The notes under the pieces are model-generated. The model was given only the letters and a program-made list of their open reading frames with translations. It searched no databases and was not told the origin of the DNA. The translations under genes and the position numbers were made by a program. A stretch of DNA of 64,000 nt from a virus, in IMG/VR virus record IMGVR_UViG_3300036826_000357, positions 21,017 through 85,016 of that record. One strand, given 5' to 3'. This document shows positions 9,229 through 18,280 of this stretch, in pieces (positions within the stretch are counted from its first letter, which is position 1; every line of letters begins with the position of its first letter).

Positions 9229-9650
9229 CACTTCTCCGGAATGAACGGCAGACGCGGTGGGGCCAACTTCAACTGTGCTGCCTCCAGCCGCTTGATTTCG
9301 GCCTGCGCCTCCGCAAGCTGCGCCTGGCTTTCCAGATAAAGCCGCGTGCGGAGCGTGACATCCTTCTCCGTCTCCGCAAGCTGCGTGCGGAGGGTCTCAA
9401 TTGTTTCCCCCGCCGCTGCCTCCCACTTCACGTTATGGCCTATATCGAGTCGAAGCTGCTCGTTCTCCCGCTGCGCCGCCGCAAGCTCAGCCTTCACCTT
9501 CACGAACAGATCGGCCAGTTCATTGTCGGCCTCGATCCGTTCTCCAAGCTCCCGTTGGGTATTCGTCAGCTGTGTGCGCAGGGCGCGATACTCATCGAGC
9601 AGCCCTGCCCGGGAAAGCAGCCCTGCCTGGTCATCGCTCAGGAGACTCAT
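9228..9650 (-). CDS. coiled-coil protein with LRTQL repeats
   Basis: GGAGGAG RBS; heptad-rich. Confidence 0.65.
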   Translation of the reverse strand: MSLLSDDQAGLLSRAGLLDEYRALRTQLTNTQRELGERIEADNELADLFVKVKAELAAAQRENEQLRLDIGHNVKWEAAAGETIETLRTQLAETEKDVTLRTRLYLESQAQLAEAQAEIKRLEAAQLKLAPPRLPFIPEK

Positions 9651-9853
9651 CGGCTCCTCCATTTCGGCGCGACCGCGCGCAGCAGCTTCCACCACCACGG
9701 CTCCGGTTCCGGCGTCCGTCCGAACGCACGCCGGGTGATAATCTCCTCGATGGCCTCGCAGAGCGGACAGCCTGCTACCGGCTTGTACGGATCAGGGTCC
9801 AGCCGGGGATGATTGTGCTCCAGCGGTTCGAGAACAATGGTCGGATCGGTCAT
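9647..9853 (-). CDS. hypothetical protein
   Basis: ATGA coupling; CPLC motif. Confidence 0.5.
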   Translation of the reverse strand: MTDPTIVLEPLEHNHPRLDPDPYKPVAGCPLCEAIEEIITRRAFGRTPEPEPWWWKLLRAVAPKWRSR

Positions 9854-9857
9854 AGCT

Positions 9858-10079
9858 TCACCCCGCGCTTCCTCCGGATACCGGTGATGGTCCCTTCGGG
9901 GCATGTCCCAGATGCCAAAAGCCGCAGAAGCCGCACCGATACGCATGCAGCCGCGTCTTCCCACGTTCCGTTAAGCCGTACTGCTGGCGCTGCTGCCGCG
10001 CACGATCCTTTGCTTCCCGCCCACTCGTGAACACGCGCTTGCCATCACAGCCGGATTCCCGTGTGCCGATCTTCCGCAC
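9858..10079 (-). CDS. small zinc-binding phage protein
   Basis: CDGKRVFTS..A and AYRCGFCGFWHLG motifs. Confidence 0.65.
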   Translation of the reverse strand: MRKIGTRESGCDGKRVFTSGREAKDRARQQRQQYGLTERGKTRLHAYRCGFCGFWHLGHAPKGPSPVSGGSAG

Positions 10080-10252
10080 TCACCCTCGTTTCTCCAGCCG
10101 CTTCGCGAGCCGGGTCCGTTCCTCCACTGCCGCGCAGCCGAGCAGATCGAGTCGCCGGAGTTGTCCCAGATCGCCGCGTTGCCGGCGCAGATCTGTCCGA
10201 TGCCTCGCCTCTGCCTGCCGCTGCTGCCGGCGGCGCTCGAAGTTGGCCCGCT

Positions 10253-10636
10253 TCATGCGGCCGTCTTCTGCGCTTGCTTCACCAGTGCGAGCACCTGCCG
10301 GTGTGTGCGACCCGGTGCATCGTTGTAGTGCACCGCATCGCCAATTTCTGCCGGCTTGTCGGGGGAGACCGCATCGAGTGCATCGAGCAGCCCGAAGTGG
10401 ATCCGCGACGACAGATCCAGTTCGCAGGCCACACGCCCCACGGCACCGACCACGCAAAAGCAGACGGCATCTGGGACACACGGATCCGGAAGGGCCGTCC
10501 CATCGGCCAACCGTGCGGATGCCCTCTGCGTCCACCGATCCTTCGGCCTCAACAAGTCCAGCAACGCCTGGAATGCTCCAGCCAGCGTCTTCGGATACTT
10601 CTTCGTCAGCAACCGATCCTTCTTCAACAGTTTCAT
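10253..10636 (-). CDS. DUF6197-like phage protein
   Basis: WTQ, CFCVVGAV and YNDAPGRTHRQVLAL motifs. Confidence 0.7.
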   Translation of the reverse strand: MKLLKKDRLLTKKYPKTLAGAFQALLDLLRPKDRWTQRASARLADGTALPDPCVPDAVCFCVVGAVGRVACELDLSSRIHFGLLDALDAVSPDKPAEIGDAVHYNDAPGRTHRQVLALVKQAQKTAA

Positions 10637-10854
10637 ATGCGTCGATATCGACTGAGCCGGAATTGCTCTGTCGGATTTCCTTTCTGCATCGCGTCTAAGA
10701 GTGTCGATGCGGTGGTGTCGTCATCGTGATAGATCATCAGATGCGGCATCCACGACCCGTCTCGTTCTTGGATTTCGATGACGGGTATTTCCACGATGGT
10801 CTGTTCGCAGAGTGGGCAGCGTTTCGGATGTGGGAACGGGACGAGCTTCCCCAT
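10633..10854 (-). CDS. hypothetical protein
   Basis: coupled ORF with CPLC. Confidence 0.5.
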   Translation of the reverse strand: MGKLVPFPHPKRCPLCEQTIVEIPVIEIQERDGSWMPHLMIYHDDDTTASTLLDAMQKGNPTEQFRLSRYRRI

Positions 10855-11054
10855 CACAGCACCGGCTCCTTCGTGCAGGCATCGTCGGTACAACCGGCCA
10901 ATCGACACGGCAGACACCGATCCCCTTCCCAGAGGTAGCGGGTATTCGTACATCGCGCGCAGGGACAGCCGACCACATCGCGGAGCTTCGATGGTACCCA
11001 ATAGCCGCGAAGCCGCAGATATCCGATCCGCTGCTCCTCGTCGGACATGAGCAT

Positions 11055-11489
11055 TTATGTGCCCACCTTCGGGTTGTCGCAGTCTTCCGGCGGCAGTAAC
11101 GGCTCAATGGGAATCCTGAATCGCATCGTTTGCCCGGGATACAACGTCATCCCCTCATGATACGGCACGTAGGCTGGGTAATCGCCGTAGATCGGATGAT
11201 GAATGATCCCATCGGCGTCTGGTTGCAGATCGGGGAGCAGGATATGCAGAAATCCCCAGACCAGCGTTCCCGCCAGCAGGAGCACCGCGATGCCACGGAG
11301 CACCCAAGCGCGATGGATCGGCCGCGAGCGCGTGTACTGCCACCAGCCATGAACAAACCCGAAGAGGTTACAGGCGAGCGCGCCAAGTTGGACGGCGAGT
11401 CCCCACGGCGAGTCCACCTGGTACATGAGCCAGGCGAGATACACGAACACCGGGACCAACACGCCATTGACGATCCAGGGATACGCCAT
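11055..11489 (-). CDS. three-TM membrane protein
   Basis: three hydrophobic segments; TGATG coupling. Confidence 0.6.
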   Translation of the reverse strand: MAYPWIVNGVLVPVFVYLAWLMYQVDSPWGLAVQLGALACNLFGFVHGWWQYTRSRPIHRAWVLRGIAVLLLAGTLVWGFLHILLPDLQPDADGIIHHPIYGDYPAYVPYHEGMTLYPGQTMRFRIPIEPLLPPEDCDNPKVGT

Positions 11490-11726
11490 CACTCCGCTCT
11501 CCACTCGATGCGCTCGCTGGTACCGTCCGCGCAGAGCGTCTCGTAGATCGTCTTCCCGTTCGTGTGTGCCGACATTCGCCATGAGCACCCATCCGGTAGC
11601 TCGCCGCAGTAGTTCCGATGGTCGGCAATCGGCGGCAGGCCGGTCAGGTGCTGCACGTCCACGTCCGCGCGGTCGCCACAGCTCACCAGCACGCAGAGCA
11701 CCGCGATCACCACGCGGTGTGCACGG

Positions 11727-11999
11727 TCACTCAGTGTCCTCATCAGCCTTTCGCAGCCGCTCCACGGCCCGTGCGGCCCGCCCACGGCGTCGATGCCCCG
11801 CCCAGAGCGATTCGCTGACCATGAGTGACGCGGCGATGCCGACCGGGAGCCAGATCTTAAACAGCAGTCCAGCCCACCACAGCATGAAAAAGATGCCGGC
11901 TAAGATGACAGCATTGAATGCGTAGAGCAGAATCGCGCCGGAGAATGTCTTCCCGTACACACCCTGTTCGAGCAGATCGGCCAGCAACTTTCGCCTCAT
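11727..11999 (-). CDS. membrane protein
   Basis: 90 aa with two hydrophobic segments. Confidence 0.6.
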   Translation of the reverse strand: MRRKLLADLLEQGVYGKTFSGAILLYAFNAVILAGIFFMLWWAGLLFKIWLPVGIAASLMVSESLWAGHRRRGRAARAVERLRKADEDTE

Positions 12000-12024
12000 C
12001 GAGTCATTACTTCCTTGTGTTGAG

Positions 12025-12097
12025 AGCCGGCTGGCGGAATCGAACCGCCGACTTGCTGATTACGAATCAGCTACTCTGCCGTCTGAGTTAAGCCGGC
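12025..12097 (-). tRNA. tRNA-Thr(CGT)
   Basis: cloverleaf: GCCGGCT/AGCCGGC acceptor, GCTGA-TTCGTAA-TCAGC anticodon arm, TTCGATT T-loop. Confidence 0.92.
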
Positions 12098-12585
12098 GCA
12101 TCAGACTTCACGATCAATGGGAATCCCTCGAATTCGGCCGGATCATGTACGCCGTTCGCGTAGGTCGGACTGACAATCAGCACCAGCGTCGCCTGTCCTT
12201 CGTGGATGGTCACGCCGGACATCCTGAACCACGGCTCCAAATGATACCGCTGATACAGCCGCGCATGTGCCATCATGATCTTCAAATCCGTCATCATGCT
12301 TTCCGCTCCGTGGAGAAACGCTGCCATGTTCTCGATCCCCGTCTGTGCCTTCTGCACGTCTGCATCGCGCTCGCGGACCAGTGCCCGTAACGCGCGATTG
12401 TCGATTTCCAGATCGTCCAGCCGCTGCCGGGTCATGTCGGCTGCCAGTGCTTCCCCGAGAATCTGGCGGAGGTAGAAACTGGCCTCGTCCTTTTTCCGGC
12501 CATGCGGGATGGCGTTCTCCAGGTAGGACTGAATCTCGTCATGCATCCGGAGCAGACGATCGGCCTCAGTCGGAACTGGCATCAT
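12088..12585 (-). CDS. coiled-coil hypothetical protein
   Basis: 165 aa; stop TAA falls at tRNA-Thr positions 8-10. Confidence 0.65.
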   Translation of the reverse strand: MMPVPTEADRLLRMHDEIQSYLENAIPHGRKKDEASFYLRQILGEALAADMTRQRLDDLEIDNRALRALVRERDADVQKAQTGIENMAAFLHGAESMMTDLKIMMAHARLYQRYHLEPWFRMSGVTIHEGQATLVLIVSPTYANGVHDPAEFEGFPLIVKSDAPA

Positions 12586-13184
12586 CAGCGCTTGTCCTCC
12601 GGCGGCGGATAGGGAAATGGCCAGGAATACAAGTCCTCGTCCGGCCGGTGATTCGACGGCTCAGCCTCTGCCGATGCGATCACGCCGTAGTCTTTGATCG
12701 GCTCGTCGTCGTCTTCCTCGTCGCCCATGGTATTCGGCGCTCGCGATACGATCGTCCGGAGAATGGTCGGTGTCGCTTTCGGACGCGGTAAGACCACCAC
12801 ACTCTCCTGCACCACGCCCTGCCACATTAGGTCGAAGTACCCTTTGGTCTCCTCCAGCGCTGCCGTGCCAGACGGTGTGATCCGATACAGGGAGAGCTTA
12901 TCCCCGCGTCCCTGGACTCGCTCCTCCGGCTGCACGCGCCGCGAGCCGATGCGCACGAAGCCTTCCTCAGCAAGCGAGCGCAGTACCTTGTAGACTGACA
13001 CGACGACACACCCATGGAGCCGCCGCGTATTGACTTCTCGCGTTACCTCCTCGGCCGTTCCTTTCTGCAACCTGGACAGGGCACACAGCACATCCAGGCG
13101 CAGAAAGTGACGGGACGGAACCAGCCGGCCCGCCAGGGAATCATCGGCATCAACAGTCACAGCCGCTGCTCCTTTCCACCCCAT
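12585..13184 (-). CDS. PadR-like winged-HTH transcriptional regulator
   Basis: SVYKVLRSLAEEGFV..LYRITPSGTAALEE. Confidence 0.75.
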   Translation of the reverse strand: MGWKGAAAVTVDADDSLAGRLVPSRHFLRLDVLCALSRLQKGTAEEVTREVNTRRLHGCVVVSVYKVLRSLAEEGFVRIGSRRVQPEERVQGRGDKLSLYRITPSGTAALEETKGYFDLMWQGVVQESVVVLPRPKATPTILRTIVSRAPNTMGDEEDDDEPIKDYGVIASAEAEPSNHRPDEDLYSWPFPYPPPEDKR

Positions 13185-13185
13185 C

Positions 13186-14091
13186 TTACTCCGTCAGCGT
13201 GATGCCTGCCTTCCCCGCCTTCACACTGGCCTCGAACCGAGCCTGCCAGTCGAGAGTCGACCGCTCGACTCGCTTGAGTGCCCGCAGCGCTTCCTCGAAC
13301 AGGAGCCGCCCGATGCCCTCATTCAGTTCTCCGTCCTCCACCGCTTCGATCACCTTCTTGAAGCGCTGGACGTTCTTCTGCGTCAGGACGCGGCACTGCA
13401 TCGCCGTATCCTTCTTCCAGAACGTGAACTTCGTTTCGGCAGACTTGTCTGTCTTCTTGCCACGAAGCTCGTCACGGAGTGTCTGCTCCTTGACGGTGAA
13501 CTCCCGCGCCGCGCGCGGCACGGTGTACTTGTGATCCGTCACCGCCAGGACGGCCTTGCGGAGCCGAACCTTTGCCTCCTTCGAGGCGATGTCGTTCAGG
13601 TACCGGCGCACGATCGGACGCGCCAGAATCATCGATCCGAACAGATCCTTCTGATCGAGCAGGTCCATGATGCGCTTCGGGGTCAGCCCCTGCGCCTGGA
13701 GGAGCCGGATAGTGTGCTCGAAATCGTCGCTGGTGGGCGGCAGTGCCCCACCCGTGTTGGCGCGGAGCGCGTACACGATCATGTCTTCGGTGGAATCGAA
13801 TTCCTTGACGATGCACTCGGTCTCGATGTACTGCCCCTTGTGCAGATCGGCGAGCACTTCCAGCCCGCCCTTGCGGTGCCGGCCATCCACGGTCTCGAAG
13901 TGAATTCCGTCCTCGTCCTCGACTTCTGCAACTTCGATCGGCGGGACGGGGATCCCGTTCTCGTACAGTTCTGCGAACATCTGCATGCGGTCGTCGTCAG
14001 GCTTCACCCGCACGTAGAATGTCGTACGCAGATCAGCGACCTTGACGGTAACATGCCGATCCGCAGACCGCTTCTTGGCTGCTTCGGCCAT
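13186..14091 (-). CDS. ParB/Srx N-terminal domain protein with HTH(s)
   Basis: PPIEV..VDGRHR and YALRAN..G.P motifs; C-terminal Psq-like HTH AVLAV..TVPRAAREFTVKEQTLRDEL; ATG 14091 with GAGG RBS. Confidence 0.85.
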   Translation of the reverse strand: MAEAAKKRSADRHVTVKVADLRTTFYVRVKPDDDRMQMFAELYENGIPVPPIEVAEVEDEDGIHFETVDGRHRKGGLEVLADLHKGQYIETECIVKEFDSTEDMIVYALRANTGGALPPTSDDFEHTIRLLQAQGLTPKRIMDLLDQKDLFGSMILARPIVRRYLNDIASKEAKVRLRKAVLAVTDHKYTVPRAAREFTVKEQTLRDELRGKKTDKSAETKFTFWKKDTAMQCRVLTQKNVQRFKKVIEAVEDGELNEGIGRLLFEEALRALKRVERSTLDWQARFEASVKAGKAGITLTE

Positions 14092-14146
14092 AAATCTATC
14101 CTCTACTTTCTGTCCCATTTGGTTTTTGGTTTTTGGGGACGGGTCC

Positions 14147-14174
14147 AGAGTAGTCACCCTTTCCCTTTTGTCAA
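14147..14174 (-). promoter_or_regulatory. promoter TTGACA-N16-TACTCT for the ParB-like gene
   Basis: near-consensus -35/-10. Confidence 0.7.
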
Positions 14175-14372
14175 TCCCCCTGGGATGGACACTCCGGTGG
14201 GATCGAGCATCGGACTGTAGCCGTTGTCGATGCGAATGCTCATTCCACCCATGACAAGCGCATGGTTCTTGCCCATCACCTGAGCAAGATACTGCTGAGA
14301 CCATCCACGGGCCTCAAGCTCCTCCCGAATCAACTGACCCGGCGGGTACGCTTCAACTTCGAGAATCCCCAT
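14154..14372 (-). pseudogene. truncated HigA-like (XRE HTH) antitoxin
   Basis: YPPGQLIREELEARGWSQQYLAQVMG matches the HigA N-terminus; similarity then stops. Confidence 0.6.
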
Positions 14373-14377
14373 GTCAG

Positions 14378-14800
14378 TTACTGCGGGATCGTGACCCAGC
14401 CAGCCGGGGTCCGCGTGAACAGCTTCGGACGCCAGGTCAGGGTGTTGGCCACGATCGTCGTGGTCAGATTGCACTGCCCGGCAATCACACTCGGCCACGC
14501 CGGCTCGATGTCCTTGAGCGTGTCGTAGACAAGTTGCGCTCGCGCGATACTCTGCGTCTTGGTGATCGGGACGCCACGCTTCCCCTGCCAGCACTCGGTC
14601 TCCGTCTGCTTGGCCCGCTTCGCCCGCTCGAACTCCACATCGAGCACCGGCAGAAGCTCGTCCCGACACTGCGGACAGAGATAGGCCGTCGCGGGCTCGC
14701 TATGCCCGTTCTGGCCAAGCTCGCGGAGTGTCACCGCGTAGCGCACCAGCCGCCGATGCTTCTGGCATCGCAGCGGGATCAGTTGTTGGTTCACATTCAT
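14378..14800 (-). CDS. hypothetical protein (CxxH..CxxC)
   Basis: 140 aa, AGGAG RBS. Confidence 0.6.
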   Translation of the reverse strand: MNVNQQLIPLRCQKHRRLVRYAVTLRELGQNGHSEPATAYLCPQCRDELLPVLDVEFERAKRAKQTETECWQGKRGVPITKTQSIARAQLVYDTLKDIEPAWPSVIAGQCNLTTTIVANTLTWRPKLFTRTPAGWVTIPQ

Positions 14801-15003
14801 TCTCCTTCTGTTTCTTCGAGTTGCCGAATCGTCACTTCGATGCGGTCAACATGTCTCCCCCACCATCTGCGCACGTACAGGCTCCCAAGCAACCCTTTCA
14901 TGGTGGAGTCGACTTCGCGGTAGACCACGGATTGCTTCGTGCCGTGGCTTCTGACCAGCACGCGGACGGCCAGCGCACCGGGGACTTCTCGGGATCGCGC
15001 CAC
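14797..15003 (-). CDS. hypothetical protein
   Basis: 68 aa coupled ORF. Confidence 0.45.
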   Translation of the reverse strand: MARSREVPGALAVRVLVRSHGTKQSVVYREVDSTMKGLLGSLYVRRWWGRHVDRIEVTIRQLEETEGE

Positions 15004-15033
15004 AAGACCAAGCCCCCTTTCCGAATGGGAAAA

Positions 15034-15630
15034 TCACTTCGGAGCGAGTTTCTTCGCCACCTTCCTGGCCACCGACTCCGGAACGGCCTGCGCCGGCAGC
15101 TTGAGCGGTTTGAGCTTCGGCTTGTACCGCATCCAGGGACCAATCCCCTGCGTCTGCACCTGTCCATGGGACCGCAGCCAGGCGAGGACACGCTGCGACG
15201 TATGCGTCCGCGTCTTCGAGACTTCCTGAATCTGTGACCGGGTCACCCACCGATCGCCAAGCTTCTCCAAGGCAGCCAGAATCTTTGCCTCGATCGGCGC
15301 GTAATGCGCCTGGTTGTAGCGGTGCAGATCGTAGCCGCGACTCCGGGGCAGACTCACTGCCACCGGAGCCATCGCCAGCAACCGCGCCGGCCGGCGCATC
15401 TTGAGCAGATGCTCATCATCGCCGAATGCCGGGACGCCTTTGAGCCCGTTCTCCCGCGTCAGCCCAAACAGCCGGTCGGCACGGTCAAGACACTTCCGAC
15501 ACAGATCACGAACCAGGGGTTTCCCGTTCGCGTCGATTACCGGCTTCCCGTGTTCATCGAACACCGCTCGCTGCCCAACTGCCGGCACTGCGCCGACATG
15601 CCAATCACACGCAATAATATCAACTTTCAC
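15034..15630 (-). CDS. Lsr2-N-like/Zn + C-terminal winged-HTH protein
   Basis: CD..H/DLC..C N-terminus; ILAALEK..TRSQIQE..SQRVLAWLRSHGQV wHTH. Confidence 0.6.
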   Translation of the reverse strand: MKVDIIACDWHVGAVPAVGQRAVFDEHGKPVIDANGKPLVRDLCRKCLDRADRLFGLTRENGLKGVPAFGDDEHLLKMRRPARLLAMAPVAVSLPRSRGYDLHRYNQAHYAPIEAKILAALEKLGDRWVTRSQIQEVSKTRTHTSQRVLAWLRSHGQVQTQGIGPWMRYKPKLKPLKLPAQAVPESVARKVAKKLAPK

Positions 15631-15639
15631 TGGTAACGA

Positions 15640-15957
15640 TTACCCTCCAGCCGCCCGCTTCAAGCGGACGACGCCTTTCTCTTTTGCTTTCACTTTCACA
15701 GGTTTCCGCGCCGCCAGGATACTCATCCGCGCGTCGGCACGGGAATCAGTCGCGGCGAGATACGCGCGGTAGCCCTCGGAGCGCCGGTAGGTACGCGGGC
15801 GTAATCGCCGGCCGGTGCCGGACCAATACAGCCACGCGTCGCCGTCACAGACGGGACAGTGCACCGCGACCCGAAACTGATTCGGGCCAATTTCCTCGGT
15901 CGCGCCTTCCTTCGCCCACGCGTGATTCGCACCAAAACACCACTCGTAATTCGGCAT
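15640..15957 (-). CDS. hypothetical basic protein with CPVC
   Basis: 105 aa. Confidence 0.6.
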   Translation of the reverse strand: MPNYEWCFGANHAWAKEGATEEIGPNQFRVAVHCPVCDGDAWLYWSGTGRRLRPRTYRRSEGYRAYLAATDSRADARMSILAARKPVKVKAKEKGVVRLKRAAGG

Positions 15958-15981
15958 CAGTTCTGGTCGACTCCCTTTCTC

Positions 15982-16365
15982 CTAGGGACTGTACTCACAG
16001 GCGATATCAAGAAACTCGTCTTCATCCGTTTCAAGTAAGAGCTTCAGCGCCAGCATGTTGTCTCCAGCGGGTGGATGTCGCCGCACGGCGATCCCGTAAT
16101 ACTGATCGGGTACCCGCGTGTGCGGATGCAACCGTGCAACGACTCCACTCCACCAGATGTTGTAGAGATTCCCGTGTTGCGATCGGATGGTGACGTACAT
16201 GACACGCTCGTACTGTCGTGCTTGCCGTGGCGTCAGATAGCTCAGGAGCAATCGCTCCGCGCGAGCTTCGGCTTCGGATCGAGGCATCAGTGCGATACGC
16301 TTCTCGATGGCGGAATCCGGGAAGAGCCACTGTCGGAGCCAGCGTCGAAGCCGCCACAGCACCAT
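15982..16365 (-). CDS. hypothetical protein, paralog B (GDxMLAxKLLLETxE family)
   Basis: shares LL.SYLTP.Q and GD.MLA.KLLLET.E..F with 16368-16838. Confidence 0.8.
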   Translation of the reverse strand: MVLWRLRRWLRQWLFPDSAIEKRIALMPRSEAEARAERLLLSYLTPRQARQYERVMYVTIRSQHGNLYNIWWSGVVARLHPHTRVPDQYYGIAVRRHPPAGDNMLALKLLLETDEDEFLDIACEYSP

Positions 16366-16367
16366 GG

Positions 16368-16838
16368 TCAGATCTTCACCCCCATATATCGTGCCGTCGC
16401 GAAAAACGCGGGCTCGTTCGTCTCCAGCAGTAACTTCACTGCCAGCATGCGATCCCCGTACGGGGGCGCTCCATCAGGATGGATACAGTACCGCACGCGC
16501 TGCGGCTGTTTCCCCTTGACCGGCTTCAGATGCTCCGTCCACGTATGCCGGACGCGGAACTTCCCACCCCGCGAGCCGGTGACTGCGAATTCCCCGTGCG
16601 CTTTGAGTGACCGCTTCTGTGCCGGCGTCAGATAGGACACCAGTAGCTGCCATGCGCGATCCGACTCCGCCGACAGTTTGGCCTGGTACTCTTGCCACCA
16701 CGCTTCATTGACCGGTTGATAATAGGTGCGTGGCGCGGCGATCAGCCGGTCCTGCTCGACGGTGATGGTGAAGTCAATGAACGGATCCCGGTCGAATCGG
16801 AACTCCAGCACACCGTCACCAGTTCGGATTCGCGCCAT
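16368..16838 (-). CDS. hypothetical protein, paralog A (YCIHP motif)
   Basis: same family motifs plus Cys-x-His-Pro. Confidence 0.8.
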   Translation of the reverse strand: MARIRTGDGVLEFRFDRDPFIDFTITVEQDRLIAAPRTYYQPVNEAWWQEYQAKLSAESDRAWQLLVSYLTPAQKRSLKAHGEFAVTGSRGGKFRVRHTWTEHLKPVKGKQPQRVRYCIHPDGAPPYGDRMLAVKLLLETNEPAFFATARYMGVKI

Positions 16839-17117
16839 TCACCCGCCAACGAACGGCCGCGAGAACAGAATCCGCTTCGCCGTGGGATCGAACTCGCGGA
16901 TCTGATCCGGATGCTGACCCTGCTCGTCCGTCTCGAACGCCAGATGCTGCGCCTTCAGCATCGCGTCGAATAACTCGCCGGCCACCCGGACACTCTCGGC
17001 GTCACCTTCCTGCCAGGACAGGCGCGCGTCCCCGCCGATCCACTCGACTTCGGGAAACTGCGCCACGACGGTGCGAGGGAAGCTCTGTGCCGTCCCGATA
17101 ATATTGAACTGTCCCAT
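16839..17117 (-). CDS. small protein ending in Gly-Gly (possible ubiquitin-like modifier)
   Basis: 92 aa ending FDPTAKRILFSRPFVGG-stop, followed directly by the ATG of the next gene. Confidence 0.75.
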   Translation of the reverse strand: MGQFNIIGTAQSFPRTVVAQFPEVEWIGGDARLSWQEGDAESVRVAGELFDAMLKAQHLAFETDEQGQHPDQIREFDPTAKRILFSRPFVGG

Positions 17118-17286
17118 CAGATCGACTCCTTCACCATGCGGTTCGATGTGATTGACGGAATCCCCTTCCCCCGGCCCGTTTCGGGGATCCCGTCACTGCT
17201 TCGTACACTGAGTGCCAGTTCCAATTGCACGACGCCGTGTGCGGCGCACGAACGCCGGCCGGTCCCCGGGGGTGCACCCATTCCGA

Positions 17287-17304
17287 TTTGACCACGTGGT
17301 CAAA
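17287..17304. repeat. 18-bp palindrome copy 2
   Basis: exact match; supplies the TGA stop of ORF 17300-17530. Confidence 0.95.
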
Positions 17305-17530
17305 TGCCTGTCGCGATCCCTGCCGCGCGCAGAAAGCCTGCCGCTAGCTGCCGGCAATGCTCCTTGGACAACGGACTCGTTGCCAGCCGCCGCGTCGGTA
17401 AGCCGGCTCCGCGTTGCACGATCACCAGCCGCGCCGGGAACACGCCATCCGGGGCGATGATTTCCACCTGCCGGCCATCCAGATCGGTCAAGATCGTGAT
17501 GTAGGTGTCGCCCGTCAGTGGATCGTTCAA
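17300..17530 (-). CDS. hypothetical protein
   Basis: AAGGAGG RBS; 76 aa. Confidence 0.65.
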   Translation of the reverse strand: MNDPLTGDTYITILTDLDGRQVEIIAPDGVFPARLVIVQRGAGLPTRRLATSPLSKEHCRQLAAGFLRAAGIATGI

Positions 17531-17559
17531 CGCTGCCTCCTTCCATACGAGTCCAGGTA

Positions 17560-17588
17560 CAGATAATGCCGACTCTGCCTTTTGTCAA
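17560..17588 (-). promoter_or_regulatory. promoter TTGACA-N17-TATCTG
   Basis: TTGACAAAAG -35; would drive 17530 and possibly the GG operon. Confidence 0.55.
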
Positions 17589-17815
17589 CACCCGGGATGG
17601 TGGCTCTGTAAGTGCAGAGCAATCACCAGCCAATCCGCCCCCGCCGCCTGTTCCGCCTCGGTTCCAATCTCGCCGGCACTGAGCTTCCCGAGTGTGGCGA
17701 CCGGGATCATCCGCGTGACGAGACGTTGCCAGCACAGCCGGCAGTACACCGTCGCATGCGGCGGCTCGTCGGTGACGATGATTTGGATCGGCAGCAGATC
17801 GTCGTTCTCAGCCAT
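17585..17815 (-). CDS. small Zn-binding protein (CxxC..HxxxHH)
   Basis: coupled ORF. Confidence 0.55.
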   Translation of the reverse strand: MAENDDLLPIQIIVTDEPPHATVYCRLCWQRLVTRMIPVATLGKLSAGEIGTEAEQAAGADWLVIALHLQSHHPGC

Positions 17816-17986
17816 CTTCGGGCTTCTCCACCAGATCGAGGACTTCGCAGACAAGCTTGTAGGCTTTCCGCAGCCGCTCCAACACGGCCTTGTTCCCAGC
17901 CTTCGCTGCCAGTCCCCGCGCCAGGACAATATCCGTTCCGGCGTGCGAGACGTAGCGCTCGATCGATTCCTCCTTCAGTACGTTCT

Positions 17987-18280
17987 TCATCGGTCCTGCT
18001 GCCGTTCCCATTCCATCCACGCCTCTGCTTCGCCGAGCTTCACGCCCCCGCACGTCTTGCAGGTATGCGGATTCTCACTCAGCGTCTTCGCCATGGACGG
18101 CGGGGAGCCGCATGTCGGGCAGTCGTCGCGATCGTCCCGGTACACAAAGCGGGGCTGCGGGCTGTGACCGAGTTTGGTCTCGATCTTCACGAGCGTCCGC
18201 TCGATGCGATCGAAGGTCTCGTTGAGTCGCCGAATGCTCTGCTGGATTTGCTCCATGAGCCTGAATTCTTGTGGGGTCAC
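17987..18280 (-). CDS. coiled-coil + CxxC zinc ribbon protein
   Basis: GGAGGAG RBS; CPTCG..CKTCG. Confidence 0.6.
   Translation of the reverse strand: MTPQEFRLMEQIQQSIRRLNETFDRIERTLVKIETKLGHSPQPRFVYRDDRDDCPTCGSPPSMAKTLSENPHTCKTCGGVKLGEAEAWMEWERQQDR

Noticed and set aside
15640-15957. Second C-terminal GG protein (ends KRAAGG) next to the GG operon
   Set aside because: The tail is basic and low-complexity without a preceding hydrophobic strand; likely coincidental, though worth including in tests
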